DNA of 64,000 nucleotides from Nemertoderma westbladi (Eukaryota > Animalia > Xenacoelomorpha), in assembly GCA_032718475.1 (NCBI GenBank), contig JAUCBJ010004840.1, forward strand, positions 13,297 through 77,296. The letters are read 5' to 3'. The position numbers were made by a program, and so were the translations under genes. The notes beneath the pieces were generated by a model that saw nothing but the letters and a program-made list of their open reading frames with translations, searched no databases and was not told the origin of the DNA. Positions 35,860 through 49,519 of the stretch are shown piece after piece. Numbering within the stretch: the first letter of the stretch is position 1; the number at the start of each line of letters is the position of its first letter.

Positions 35860-38217
35860 GTTATACAACAGTGCTAGAACACGGCACTGCCGCCGGTTAT
35901 ATAACAGTGCTAGAACACGGCACTGCCGCCGGTTATATAACAGTGCTAGCACACGGCACTGCCGCCAGTTAAATAACAGTGCTAGCACACGGCACTGCCG
36001 CCAGTTATATAACAGTGCTAGCACACGGCACTGCCGCCAGTTATATAACAGTGCTAGCACATGGCAAGGCCGCCAGTTATATAACAGTGCTAGCACACGG
36101 CACTGCCGCCAGTTATATAACAGTGCTAGCACACGGCACTGCCGCCAGTTATATAACAGTGCTAGCACACGGCACTGCCGCCAGTTATATAACAGTGCTA
36201 GCACACGTCACTGCCGCCAGTTATATAACAGTGCTAGCACACGGCACTGCCGCCAGTTATATAACAGTGCTAGCACACGGCACTGCCGCCAGTTATATAA
36301 CAGTGCTAGCACACGGCACTGCCGCCAGTTATATAACAGTGCTAGCACACGGCACTGCCGCCAGTTATATAACAGTGCTAGCACACGGCACTGCCGCCAG
36401 TTAAATAACAGTGCTAGCACACGGCACTGCCGCCAGTTATATAACAGTGCTAGCACACGGCACTGTCGCCAGTTATATAACAGTGCTAGCACACGGCACT
36501 GCCGCCAGTTATATAACAGTGCTAGCACACGTCACTGTCGCCAGTTAAATTACAGTGCTAGCACACGGCACTGCCGCCAGTTAAATAACAGTGCTAGCAC
36601 ACGGCACTGTCGCCAGTTAAATTACAGTGCTAGCACACGGCACTGCCGCCAGTTAAATAACAGTGCTAGCACACGGCACTGCCGCCAGTTATATAACAGT
36701 GCTAGCACACGGCACTGCCACCAGTTATATAACAGTGCTAGCACACGGCACTGCCGCCAGTTATATAACAGTGCTAGCACACGGCACTGCCGCCAGTTAT
36801 ATAACAGTGCTAGCACACGGCACTGCCGCCAGTTATATAACAGTGCTAGCACAGCTCACGGCACTGCCGCCAGTTAAATTACAGTGCTAGCACATGGCAC
36901 TGCCGCCAGTTAAATAACAGTGCTAGCACACGGCACTGTCGCCAGTTAAATTACAGTGCTAGCACACGGCACTGCCGCCAGTTAAATAACAGTGCTAGTA
37001 CACGGCACTGTCGCCAGTTAAATTACAGTGCTAGCACACGGCACTGCCGCCAGTTAAATAACAGTGCTAGCAGACGGCACTGCCGCCAGTTATATAACAG
37101 TGCTAGCACACGGCACTGCCGCCAGTTATATAACAGTGCTAACACAGCACACGGCACTGCCGCCAGTTAAATAACAGTGCTAGCACAGCACACGGCACTG
37201 CCGCCAGTTATATAACAGTGCTAGCACACGGCACTGCCGCCAGTTATATAACAGTGCTAGCACACGGCACTGCCGCCAGTTATATAACAGTGCTAACACA
37301 GCACACGGCACTGCCGCCAGTTAAATAACAGTGCTAGCACACGGCACTGCCGCCATTTATATAACAGTGCTAACACAGCACACGTCACTGCCGCCAGTTA
37401 AATAACAGTGCTAGCACACGGCACTGCCGCCAGTTATATAACAGTGCTAGCACACGGCACTGCCGCCAGTTATATAACAGTGCTAGCACACGGCACTGCC
37501 GCCAGTTATATAACAGTGCTAGCACACGGCACTGCCGCCAGTTATATAACAGTGCTAGCACAGCACACGGCACTGCCGCCAGTTAAATAACAGTGCTAGC
37601 ACAGCACAAGGCACTGCCGCCAGTTATACAACAGTGCTAGCACACGGCACTGCCTCCAGTTATATAACAGTGCTAACACAGCACACGGCACTGCCGCCAG
37701 TTAAATAACAGTGCTAGCACACGGCATTGCCGCCAGTTATATAACAGTGCTAGCACACGGCACTGCCGCCAGTTATATAACAGTGCTAGCACACGGCACT
37801 GCCGCCAGTTATATAACAGTGCTAGCACACGGCACTGCCGCCAGTTATATGACAGTGCTAGCACACGGCACTGTCGCCAGTTATATAACAGTGCTAGCAC
37901 ATGGCACTGCCGCCGGTTATATAACAGTGCTAGCCCACGGCACTGCCGCCAGTTAAATAACAGTGCTAGCACAGCACACGGCACTGCCGCCAGTTATACA
38001 ACAGTGCTAGCACACGGCACTGCCGCCAGCTATATAACAGTGCTAGCACACGTCACTGCCGCCAGTTAAATAACAGTGCTAGCACACGGCACTGCCGCCA
38101 GTTATATAACAGTGCTAGCACAGCACACGGCTCTGCCGCCAGTTATATAACAGTGCTAGCACATGGCACTGCCGCCAGTTATATAACAGTGCTAGCACAG
38201 CACACGGCACTGCCGCA
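35860..38217. repeat. 36-bp minisatellite (~63 units, with 41-bp variants)
   Basis: Unit ACAGTGCTAGCACACGGCACTGCCGCCAGTTATATA. The LALLYNWRQCRV ORFs are artefacts. Confidence 0.98.
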
Positions 38218-39612
38218 ATTGTAAAAATCATTTTTAGTTAAATTTTCTGGTTAGGAACATTATTTAGTTGCCATTGTTTGACTGCCATCCTCGTATTTGT
38301 AGAAATAAAGATCCTATAAAGCGGGGATTATAAATCATATAAATAGCAATTCTGCTCAGTTCCTTCATTACAAGTTATTTCATACATTACCTTATAGCAA
38401 TATTGTTATATTTTAAACGAGACGAGGCGAAAAACCCATGTCCCGGCCGAAGGCCGGGTGGTTTTAACCACTACCTAACACTACCTCTGCCTCGCCTACA
38501 TAATAATTTCATCCAAAATACCAGAAGTGTACGGTGTGGCCGAGATAGGGTATAAGGGAGCATATTGGGGGATTAGTTGTCTAAAAAAAAAATTGGGCCC
38601 GATCCGACTGGTGGTTTTCGAGTTATAAGCGATTTAAAATTAAACAATTTGAATTTCCCGCCAAAATTGACATTTCGTTTTTAGCCAAACTGGCAATACC
38701 TGGGGAAACGGCGATGCTTGGATCGCGTAGGGGGTATATGGTTTACTCCAGCCACATCTTTTTTCTAAGCGATCCGATGCGGGGGGTCTCGATCGGGCCA
38801 AGGTCAAACACGATCTTTTTGATCTTTCGCGAAATACACCTAGAAGGAGTGGGAATTTCGGAAAAGTTACAAACTACAAAATGTTCCTTACCCCCGAATT
38901 ATGGTTGACGGACCCAATAAAAAACGGTCTACGGGGCCAACGAAGGTCGCCGATTGGCCGATAATATTTTCGCCTATTACTACGGGAAGGATTCGTTTAA
39001 AGTAAAAACATGTACAAGAGATATGGTCGGGAGGCTCGAGATCTATCCAACGGAAGCGGTCCCAGAATCGTAAATTAAGATGTTCTCGAGTTATGGAGGA
39101 AAATCAATTAGTCGTTAAAAAATGCAGTAATTAGTAATTAGCGCTAATTAAGAATGATTTATTGATGGAATATCGAAATTAATGCTGCCAATCGATGGGA
39201 AACAATGAGAGGAGCTCGTCAATTTTTTAAATTTTCAAAAAGACCCAGCGGAAGCTGAGATAAATGGATTTTCGTAAAATCGGGTCCCCGACTGCCAAGT
39301 GGAATATCAGAGGAGAATCGCGACCTTCAGGAAGTAGGCGATAATATACCAAAAAGGCAAAACGAGTGATATTGATTTAAAATTAGGAACTTTTTGGTCG
39401 AAACGGGTTCGCTATTGGGTGATATACATAATTTTAGTCAATTTGCCCAAATGGGTCATTTTTATGATCTTTGAGCATGATCAATATGATCTTTGGCCTA
39501 AAGCATCTAATAAGGTTAATTAAATATTTTATAATAATTAAAATATTATATGCAAAGCATTAGGGGCATTGCCAGATGTACTTTAAATTTTATCTTTTAA
39601 ATTTCAAACCCT

Positions 39613-39645
39613 GGTTCACCCAGCCATGCAATGGCTGGGTGAACC
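39613..39645. other. Perfect 15-bp-stem hairpin, possibly the end of a rolling-circle element
   Basis: GGTTCACCCAGCCAT-GCA-ATGGCTGGGTGAACC. A second hairpin, CCCGGCCGAAGGCCGGG, lies at ~38442-38458. Confidence 0.5.
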
Positions 39646-40944
39646 TCCAAAATATTAAACGGCCTAATTGAAAAAGCCCTTAAATACATTTTAGGGTGGT
39701 GGGTGGGGATGTGGTTAGCTCTTGAGTGTAATTATTGAATTCGACGGAGTTTGTTATAAAAGCATATTGTAAATCGTTATAAATTTCTGGGTTGTAACTA
39801 GTAATTGGAATGCCTAAAGAATCTTATATTTAAATGTATTAGGGTGCTCACCAGTAGAATGAATACAAGTTCTATATTAAAAAAAATTGTCCAAAAAATA
39901 CAAGATAGCGCCAGCGTTAAAGACGAAAGTATTTTTTCTATTTTCTTAGAATAAAAGTTCAAGATGAAAGCTATTTTATTAGAATAAAAGTTCCATTAAT
40001 AATAAAATTGTATAAAAAAAAATAAAAAATTTAAATCAAGTTAAAAATAAAATAGATAGGTTTTTAGGTCAACTGGATTACAAGAGGGAGAAAGAGAACA
40101 AGTTATCTTTAAGAAGTGGAATATTAATTGTGGAGTAAAGTGTAAAGGATTGCCGTAGGATGGTTGAGCTTTCCTGGGATGTGGGAAGACATATCGTTTT
40201 CTCACATGTATTGAGGCTATACTCGCGGAATTCTTGCTTGTTTAAATTTTAATTGTAATTTTATAAAGCCATTGAAATGATATATTTGGGAGGCACTTTA
40301 CTATGGATATGGAATAACAACACCCACGCATGTTTGAAACTCATTATAAAATTGGCTTAATCAGGATTCACACGTGCAATAGTGGTATTCCTGAATTCCG
40401 TTAGTGAGTAGCATATATCAGTACTATTATATAGCCCAAGGCCCCAGCTCTCGTACTCTCGTAATGCGTCATTATTTAATATTTTTAAATCGTGTGGGCG
40501 AAGCTAAATAAAATGCCATAATTGTTGTCCTGTAACACGCAGGATTCTGAAATAATTGTCCGCCCCCCAAGTATAGACCCATATTGTAAAAGGAGTCCGA
40601 CACAGATTCTCTGTCTGCCGTAAATGTCATGTAGCCGTGTAACCGTGTATCGAGAATTTTTGTCAAAATAAAAGTGCGTTATTCATTTGGACCAGAAAAA
40701 AATTCTGTGTCTCATAGGTAAGTCTTTAACCAATCAGAAACGAGGAAATTTAGTTAGTTGGTCGCCAAAACCGTGTATCTGCACTCATGTGCTATAGTAT
40801 TTTTTAGACCAAAACCAAATATGTACTCTTTTTAGGCCAAAACCGTCCATCACCAGGAATGCTGGGTTTTGGGCTGGAAATTGTTTAACTAACTTAAGTG
40901 ATTAATACTAAAACCATGTATCGTTAATATAGTGTAGTACTAAC

Positions 40945-43900
40945 GTAGTGGGGTGCGGCTAGTGGTGGCGGCGGCTGTGTGGAACAGGTAGTGGGGTCGG
41001 CTAGTGGTGACGGCTGCGTGGAACAGGTAGTGGGTGCGGCTAGTGGTGGCAGCTGTGTGGAACAGATAGTGGGGTCGGCTAGTGGTGGCGGCTGTATGGA
41101 ACAGGTAGTGGGGTCGGACAGTGGTGGCGGCTGTGGGGAACAGGTAGTGGGTGCGGCTAGTGGTGGCAGCTGTGTGGAACAGATAGTGGGGTCGGCTAGT
41201 GGTGGCGGCTGTATGGAACAGGTAGTGGGGTCGGACAGTGGTGGCGGCTGTGGGGAACAGGTAGTGGGTGCGGCTAGTGGTGGCGGCTGTGTGGAACAGG
41301 TAGTGGGTGCGGCTAGTGGTGGCGGCTGTATGGAACAGGTAGTGGGGTCGTATAGTGGTGGCGGCTGTGTGGAACAGGTAGTGGGTGTGGCTAGTGGTGG
41401 CGGCTGTATGGAACAGGTAGTGGGTGCGGCTAGTGGTGGCGGGTTTGTGGAACAGGTATTAGGTGTGGCTAGTGATGGTGGCGGTATGGAATAGGTAGTG
41501 GGTGCGACTAGTGGTGGCGGCTGTGTGGAACAGGTAGTGGGGTTGGATAGTGGTGGCGGCTGTGTGGAACAGGTAGTGGGTGCGGCTAGTGGTGGCGGCT
41601 GTATGGAACAGGTAGAGGGATCGGATAGTGGTGGCGGCTGTGTGGAACAGATAGTGGGTGCGGCTAGTGGTGGCGGCTGTATGGAACAGGTAGTGGGGTC
41701 GGATAGTGGTGGCGGGTGTGTGGAACAGGTAGAGGGGTCGGATAGTGGTGGCGGCTGTGTGGAACAGGTAGTGAGTGCGGCTAGTGGTGGCAGCTGTGTG
41801 GAACAGATAGTGGGGTGTGGCTAGTGGTGGCGGCTGTATGGAACAGGTAGTGGGTGCGGCTAGTGGTGGCGGCTGTATGGAACAGGTAGAGGGGTCGGAT
41901 AGTGGTGGCGGGTGTGTGGAACAGGTAGTGGGGTCGGATAGTGGTGGCGGGTGTGTGGAACAGGTAGTGGGTGCGGCTAGTGGTGGCGGGTGTGTGGAAC
42001 AGGTAGTGGGGTCGCATAGTGGTGGCGGGTGTGTGGAACAGGTAGTGGGTGCGGCTAGTGGTGGCGGCTGTATGGGACAGGTAGAGGGTGCGGCTATTGG
42101 TGGCGGCTGTATGGAACAGGTAGAGGGGTCGGATAGTGGTGGCGGGTGTGTGGAACAGGTAGTGGGGTCGGATAGTGGTGGCGGGTTTGTGGAACAGGTA
42201 GTGGGTGCGGCTCGTGGTGGCGGGTGTGTGAAACAGGTAGTGGGGTCGGATAGTGGTGGCGGGTGTGTGGTACAGGTAGTGGGTGCGGCTAGTGGTGGCG
42301 GGTTTGTGGAACAGGTAGTGGGTGCGGCTAGTGGTGGCGGGTGTGTGAAACAGGTAGTGGGGTCGGATAGTGGTGGCGGGCGTGTGGAACAGGTAGTGGG
42401 GTCGGATAGTGGTGGCGGCTGCGTGGAACAGGTAGTGGCTGCGGCTAGTGGTGGCGGGTGTGTGGAACAGGTAGTGGGTGCGTCTAGTGGTGGCAGCTGT
42501 GTGGAACAGGTAGTGGGGTCGGATAGTGGTGGCGGGTGTGTGGAACAGGTAGTGGGTGCGGCTAGTGGTGGCGGGTGTGTGGAACAGGTAGTGGGGTCGC
42601 ATAGTGGTGGCGGGTGTGTGGAACAGGTAGTGGGTGCGGCTAGTGGTGGCGGGTGTATGGAACATGTAGTGGGTGCGGCTAGTGGTGGCGGGTGTGTGGA
42701 ACAGGAAGTGGGGTCGGATAGTGGTGGCGGGTGTGTGGAACAGGTAGTGGGGTCGGATAGTGGTGGCGGCTGTGTGGAACAGGTAGTGGGGTCGGATAGT
42801 GGTGGCGGGTGTGTGGAACAGGTAGTGGGTGGGGCTAGTGGTGGCGGCTGTATGGAACAGGTAGAGGGGTCGGATAGTGGTGGCGGGTGTGTGGAACAGG
42901 TAGTGGGGTCGGATAGTGGTGGCGGGTGTGTGGAACAGGTTGTGGGTGCGGCTAGTGGTGACGGGTTTGTGGAACAGGTAGTGGGTGCGGCTAGTGGTGG
43001 CGGGTGTGTGGAACAGGTAGTGGGTGCGGCTAGTGGTGGCAGCTGTGTGGAACAGGTAGTGGGGTCGGATAGTGGTGGCGGGTGTGTGGAACAGGTAGTG
43101 GGTGCGGCTAGTGTTGGCGGGTGTGTGGAACAAGTAGTGGGGTCGCATAGTGGTGGCGGGTGTGTGGAACAGGTAGTGGGTGCGGCTAGTGGTGGCGGCT
43201 GTGTGGAACAGGTAGTGGGGTCGGATAGTGGTGGCGGCTGTGTGGAACAGGTAGTGGGGTCGGATAGTGGTGGCGGGTGTGTGGAACAGGTAGTGGGGTC
43301 GGATAGTGGTGGCGGCTGTGTGGAACAGGTAGTGGGGTCGGATAGTGGTGGCGGCTGTGTGGAACAGGTAGTGGGGTCGGATAGTGGTGGCGGCTGTGTG
43401 GAACAGGTAGTTGGGTCGGATAGTGGTGGCGGGTGTGTGGAACAGGTAGTGGGTGCGGCTAGTGGTGGCGGGTGTGTGGAACAGGTAGTGGGTGCGGCTA
43501 GTGGTGGCGGCTGTGTGGAACAGGTAATGGGTGCGGCTAGTGGTGGCGCGTTTGTGGTACAGGTAGTGGGATCGGATAGTGGTGGCGGCTGTGTGGAACA
43601 GGTAGTGGGGTCGGATAGTGGTGGCGGCTGTATGGAACAGGTAGTGGGGTCGGATAGTGGTGACGGCTGTGTGGAACAGGTAGTGGGGTCGGATAGTGGT
43701 GGTGGCTGTGTGGAATAGGTAGTGGGGTCGGATAGTGGTGACGGCTGTGTGGAACAGGTAGTGGGGTCGGATAGTGGTGGCGGCTGTGTGGAATAGGTAG
43801 TGGGGTCGGATAGTGGTGACGGCTGTGTGGAACAGGTAGTGGGGTCGGATAGTGGTGACGGCTGTGTGGAACAGGTAGTGGGGTCGGATAGTGGTGGCGG

Positions 43901-44222
43901 CTGTATGGAACAGGTAGTGGGGTCGGATAGTGGTGGCGGCTGTATGGAACAGGTAGTGGGATCGGATAGTGGTGGCGGCTGTGTGGAACAGGTAGTGGGT
44001 GCGGCTAGTAGTGGCGGGTGTGTGGAACAGGTAGTGGGGTCGGATAGTGGTAGCGGCTGTGTGGAACAGGTATTGGGGTCGGATAGTGGTGGCGGCTGTA
44101 TGGAAAGGTAGTGGGATCGGATAGTGGTGGCGGCTGTGTGGAACAGGTAGTGGGGTCGGATAGTGGTGGCGGCTGTATGGAACAGGTAGTGGGGTCGGAT
44201 AGTGGTGGCGGGTGTGTGAAAC
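40945..44222. repeat. 39-bp G-rich minisatellite (~84 units, two subtypes)
   Basis: GTGGAACAGGTAGTGGG(GTCGGA/TGCGGC)TAGTGGTGGCGG(C/G)TGT. Confidence 0.98.
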
Positions 44223-44265
44223 AATCCCGCCACGTAAGCGTGAACCTTAGAAGTAATCCTAATAA

Positions 44266-45466
44266 TAAGAAACTCGGCCAATTCATCAATTGGTGGAGTA
44301 GGAATTATGCTAAGCCCATTTGCACTTAAGACCTTAAACAACATCGAATCTATAAATTCCAGGGTTATGATCGCAACATTTGATGGGAATCCCAAGACAA
44401 CAGTAATATGTTGCTACAGTCCAACCAATGCCTGGGAGCTTGAACAAGCAGTCAAGTTTTATGAACGACATTCCGATTCTGACTGGACTTATAAAGGACA
44501 TTCCAAAACACAATGTTAAAGTCATTGCTGGTGACCTGAATGCGCAAATTGGCCCAGAAGACATCACAGGTGTTATACCTATAAACACCAGTTCTAACAG
44601 AAATTGGTACTTACCTTTAGACCTATTGGAAGAATGTGAATTGATACCAACATACAACACATTCGAAACGAGCAAGGGGAAGCTATGGACCTTTCAATAC
44701 CCTAATGGAACCAAAGCGCGACTGGATTACATCCTTATAAACAAAAAGTGGAGAAACAGCATGATCAACTGCGAGGCATACAGCTCGTTCAACCTAATTG
44801 GTTCGGACCACAGAATTGTAACTGCAGAGATCGGACTCAGTTTGAGAGCCAGCAAACCCAGGACAAGCAAGAAAATCAACTATGACTGGGAGAAACTCAG
44901 AACTGACAATGCTGTAAAGGATGCTTACACAGTAGAAGTTCAAAACCGCTTTGAAGCACTTCAGTCAATGGATGATGACCAGACCAGTCCACCGATTCAA
45001 TATACCATAATATAATAAAAGCCCACAAGGAATCAGCTAAGAGGCATATCCCCCAGAAACCCAAACGAAACAGTATGTGCCATGGCAAAACTCTGAGGTT
45101 ACTTGTAAGAGAGAAGATCTTAAGATAGCCTACAAAGTAAAAACCGAACAACCAACAACCGAAATCATTAATAAGGTTGAGAAAGCTAAGGACGATATTA
45201 AATTGGCCTACAACATCAGCCAGGAAAAGTACATACAGGATAAAACTGAAGCAATTACAACTGCTCACATACAGCAACAATCAAGACTTACCTGGCAAAC
45301 TGTAAATGAGGTATCTGGTCGGAAAAGTTGTGCAAAGGGGCACTCAAAGCCGATAGTCCCGAAGAACATGTTGGGAAGTGGAAAAATCACTTCAGCGACT
45401 TGCTTGGGCGGCCACCAAACATCGAGGGCAGCCCTACAAGGAAAATATATGACAAGACACTACCTA
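44266..45466 (+). mobile_element. RTE-clade LINE, 5' part (APE endonuclease and linker; 5'-truncated, frameshifted)
   Basis: GGVGIMLSP, TVICCYSPTN, IAGDLNAQIG, LDYILINKKW, IGSDHRIV. Breaks off at ...KIYDKTLP. Confidence 0.9.
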
Positions 45467-45477
45467 GGGGTCGACTA

Positions 45478-46622
45478 CCGAGGGGGCACCGGTACGATTA
45501 ATTCGGCTACTCTACTTGCGTCACAGTCCCCCTCCTCCCGAGGGGGCACCGGTTCGATTAATTCGGCAACACTAACTGCGTCACAGCCCCCCTCTCCCCG
45601 AGGGGGCACCGGTTTAATTAATTCAGCAACACTAATTGCGTCACAGCCCCCCTCCTCTCGAGGGGGCACCGGTTTAATTAATTCAGCAACACTAATTGCG
45701 TCACAGCCCCCCTCCTCCCGAGGGGACACCGGTTCGATTAATTCGGCAACACTAACTGCGTCACAGCCCCCCTCTCCCCGAGGGGGCACCGGTTTAATTA
45801 ATTCAGCAACACTAATTGCGTCACAGCCCCCCTCCTCCCGAGGGGTCACTGGTTCGATTAATTCGGCAACTCTAATTGCGTCACAGCCCCCCTCCTCTCG
45901 AGGGGGCACCGGTTTGATTAATTCGGCAACACTAATTGCGTCATAGCCCCCCTCCTCCCGAGGGGGCACCGGTTCGCTTAATTCGGCAACTCTAATTGCG
46001 TCACAGCCCCTCTCCTCCCGAGGGGGCACCGGTGGTTTGATTATTTCGGCAACACTAATTGCGTCACAGCCCCCCTCCTCCCGAGGGGGCACCGGTTTGA
46101 TTAATTCAGCAACTCTGATTGCGTCACAGCCCCCCTCCTCTCGAGGGGGCACCGGTTCGATTAATTCGGCAACACTAATTGCGTCACAGCCCCCCTCCTC
46201 CCGAGGGGGCACCGGTTTAATTAATTCGGCAACACTAACTGCGTCACAGCCCCCCTCTCCCCGAGGGGGCACCGGTTTAATTAATTCAGCAACACTAATT
46301 GCGTCACAGCCCCCCTCATCTCGAGGGGGCACCGGTTCGATTAATTCGGCAACACTAACTGCGTCACAGCCCCCCTCCTCTCGAGGGGGCACCGGTTCGA
46401 TTAATTCGGCAACACTAATTGCGTCACAGCCCCCCTCCTCTCGAGGGGGCACCGGTTCGATTAATTCGGCAACACTAACTGCGTCACAGCCCCCCTCCTC
46501 TCGAGGGGGCACCGGTTCGATTAATTCGGCAACACTAATTGCGTCACAGCCCCCCTCCTCTCGAGGGGGCACCGGTTCGATTAATTCGGCAACACTAATT
46601 GCGTCACAGCCCCCCTCCCCCC
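45478..46622 (+). repeat. 60-bp tandem array (~19 units) at the 5' end of the Rex1 element
   Basis: Unit CCGAGGGGGCACCGGTTCGATTAATTCGGCAACACTAATTGCGTCACAGCCCCCCTCCTC; in frame with the endonuclease ORF (46037-46957). Confidence 0.97.
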
Positions 46623-47620
46623 AAGAAGGCGTCGGTTCTACTAACCTTCCCACTGAGTGGTTGTCGCTACCATTTATTTTAAACAACAATGTCAATGGGC
46701 TTCAAGGTAAACACGTTATTTTGTGTGAATTAGTTGTACTATACAATAATGTGACTGTGGTTACAATACAAGAATCCAAACTGCAGAATGATGTATCAGA
46801 TGGTAGTATTGAACTGGATAATTTCTATCTCTTTCGGCATGATAGAGATCTATCAAAATTTGAGGAGAACGGTGGTGGTGGTCTGGTTACATATGTGAGC
46901 AAACTATGGTGTAATACCAGACCTACCATGGTTACTCCGTTTCATCACCTAATATAGAAGCGTTTGGTGTAGTATGTCGTCCAAGATATCTTCCATCACA
47001 GTATAGCTGTATCATCATTAGCAATATTTACATACGGCCTAAGGCAAATCGAGCTATTTCGAGAAAAGAACTTCGTAAAATGATGAGCTCGATCATGGTT
47101 TCGAATCCTAGCGGCTTTTTTAATTGTGATTGGAGATGTCCACCAGCCGAAATTGAACTACTTAGACTCCCTTAATCTAGTGAATATGATTGATGAACCC
47201 ACTTTCACTTTCACTCGCTCAGAATCTCAGTTGGATGTCGCTTACGTCACTGCAGCATCCCCTTACAAATGTTTAATAATTTCTCCTATTGGTAACTCAG
47301 ACCATGGCCATAAGACTATTATACTTAATTAAGCCTAAAATTGACTGTAGGAATATCTATAAACCAAAATCATGTTACAAAAGAGTTCAGGTTTTTAGTT
47401 CGGACAAAGTTGCTGAAGTGCGACAAGTGTTTCAAGAGACAGACTGGAATATTTTCTATGATGAAACCCAGAGTCTAGATGAAAATGTAGAAACAACTGA
47501 AAGTTACATAAAGTATGTAATTGATCGACACTTACCCTCGACAAAGATTAAAACCAGGAAGTTTAATATGCGGCGGACGATCAAGGGTATTATGGAACTA
47601 ATGGAAGAAAAAAGGCTATT

Positions 47621-49339
47621 GTGAATAGAGATAATGCCAAGCGAAATGAGTGCCAGAGAAAGATTAATAAATTAATATTTAACAAACGTCAATCAGATTT
47701 TAGCAGTATGTCAAAAGATCAACTATATAAGCTATCAAGCAACTGCCTCAAGAACAAACATAAAATTCATACATTTGATGCGAAAGAAGTTGAGAGTTTA
47801 AATGAGTTCTTTACTAGGTTTAATGAAGACGTGGACAAAGATGAACCAACGTACAAAGGAGTTAGCTATGAGAATAACGTGAAAGTCATTGAGCCTCTTG
47901 AAGTTGAACATCAAATCCGTAAATTGAAATCAAATACTGCCCAAGGAAGTAGCATTATATCATCGACTTGCTATAAAACATTCGCTAAGGAACTTTCAAT
48001 ACCATATGCCTCCCTGTCTAATGGCAGCTTTCAACTCCAAAAATATCCTCAAAATTGGAACTCTGCGCTAACATCTGCTTTACCCAAAAGACACAACTCA
48101 TCTATCTCAGATAAAACGAGTTTCAGGCCTGTATGTGTTACTCCACTAAGCTCAAGGATCCTCGACAGGATTGCACTAGGAATTTTCCGTTCTGCAACAG
48201 TAGATAGCGATGACATCTTCCAATTTGCGTACAAAAAGGATTATTCAACTGCGGATGCAGTGCTTTATTTATTACACCAAATTACGGGAGCACTAGACAA
48301 AAGGCACACAATCGTAAAATGCCTATTCATAGATTACTCCTCTGCTTTTAATACTGTACTGCAGAACAGATTCTTGAACAAACTGTTAGACGAACTGCCT
48401 ACAGATATGCGCTGGTTGGTGACTTGGTTACAGTCTTATATGAGTAACTTCTCTCAATGCGTTAAATCTGGTAGAATTATATCTCCTACAATAACTCTAA
48501 AAGTTGGATTTCCTCAAGGTGGTCCTCTAAGCGGTCCATTGTTTACGAAAGATACAGATGAAATTAGAGAAGAAGATGGTTCCCTTGCCAAGTATTCCGA
48601 CGATTCTCGTTGCTTGTACTCTATTAGTTGCTCAAAAGATAATGATAAATATGAGCTAAGTATTAAGAAAATTGTAGATTTGTCATTAAAGAAAAACTTG
48701 AAGCTGAACACAAAGAAGTCTGAGGAACTGTGCTTCATTCCAATAAATTTCAAAGACTCTAAAATCGTAGATATTGCAGAGGAAAGGATTACAATTGGGG
48801 GTAATGTCGTACCACGACCAGCTGTGGTGAAACATCTGGGAGTGTGGATATCAGATAATATGTCATGGAAAATCCATGTCTCTAACTTAATAAAAAAAGT
48901 TAACTACATAGTCCGCCAGTTCAGCTTCTTCATTCGGTTTGCGAGTAAAAAGACTAAAATATTTATATTCCAAACGTACATTGCACCACACTATTTGTAC
49001 TGTTCTGTGGCTTGGGTCCCTCTTACACCATCCAGTCTAAGAAAGAAGCTGCGTAAACCAATATCACTGTACGCAAGGCACTCTAAGATAGATAAACATG
49101 TGTACTTAAAATATATTAATGACGCATTCTCCACTCAATTTGTCAACATGGTTAACAAGATTGTGGCCACACCCCGACACCCCTTACATGATTTTATCAT
49201 GGCCTCCAAGTCAACGTCCACCTCAACTCGCAGCAAATACACAATGCCAAACGTTCGTACGAAATTATTTCAGAACTCATTTGCACCTATGGCCATACGA
49301 TACCTTATTAGTAATGAGATGCCGTTATTTTTCGACTGA
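47621..49339 (+). pseudogene. Rex1/Babar reverse transcriptase and C-terminal domain (572-aa open segment)
   Basis: RT domains are present, with GFPQGGPLS and LAKYSDD. The segment is cut off from its endonuclease by frameshifts. Confidence 0.88.
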
Positions 49340-49519
49340 GTTAATGTCCAATGTTTATTATTTAATTTCTTATATCATCTATACTTAATGTAATTTTATT
49401 TAATTTGTCAAAGACTTTATACTTATTACTTACTTACTTATTTAGCATGTTTTAATGATGCATTTGGTTTTACTATTCCCATTTACATTTTATCTATGTA
49501 CAGGAATTAAAACAATATA

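Noticed and set aside
41459-44395. 978-aa mucin-like ORF (PTTCSTQPPPLSD)n and the 633-aa opposite-strand ORF
   Set aside because: The 39-bp unit is a multiple of 3 and open in several frames on both strands. The ORF starts in antisense RTE sequence, has no signal peptide, and the array frameshifts at 41815 and ~44105.
45478-46622. Ribozyme in the 60-bp unit
   Set aside because: A closing stem exists, but neither a complete CUGANGA...GAAA core nor an HDV-like nested pseudoknot could be traced.
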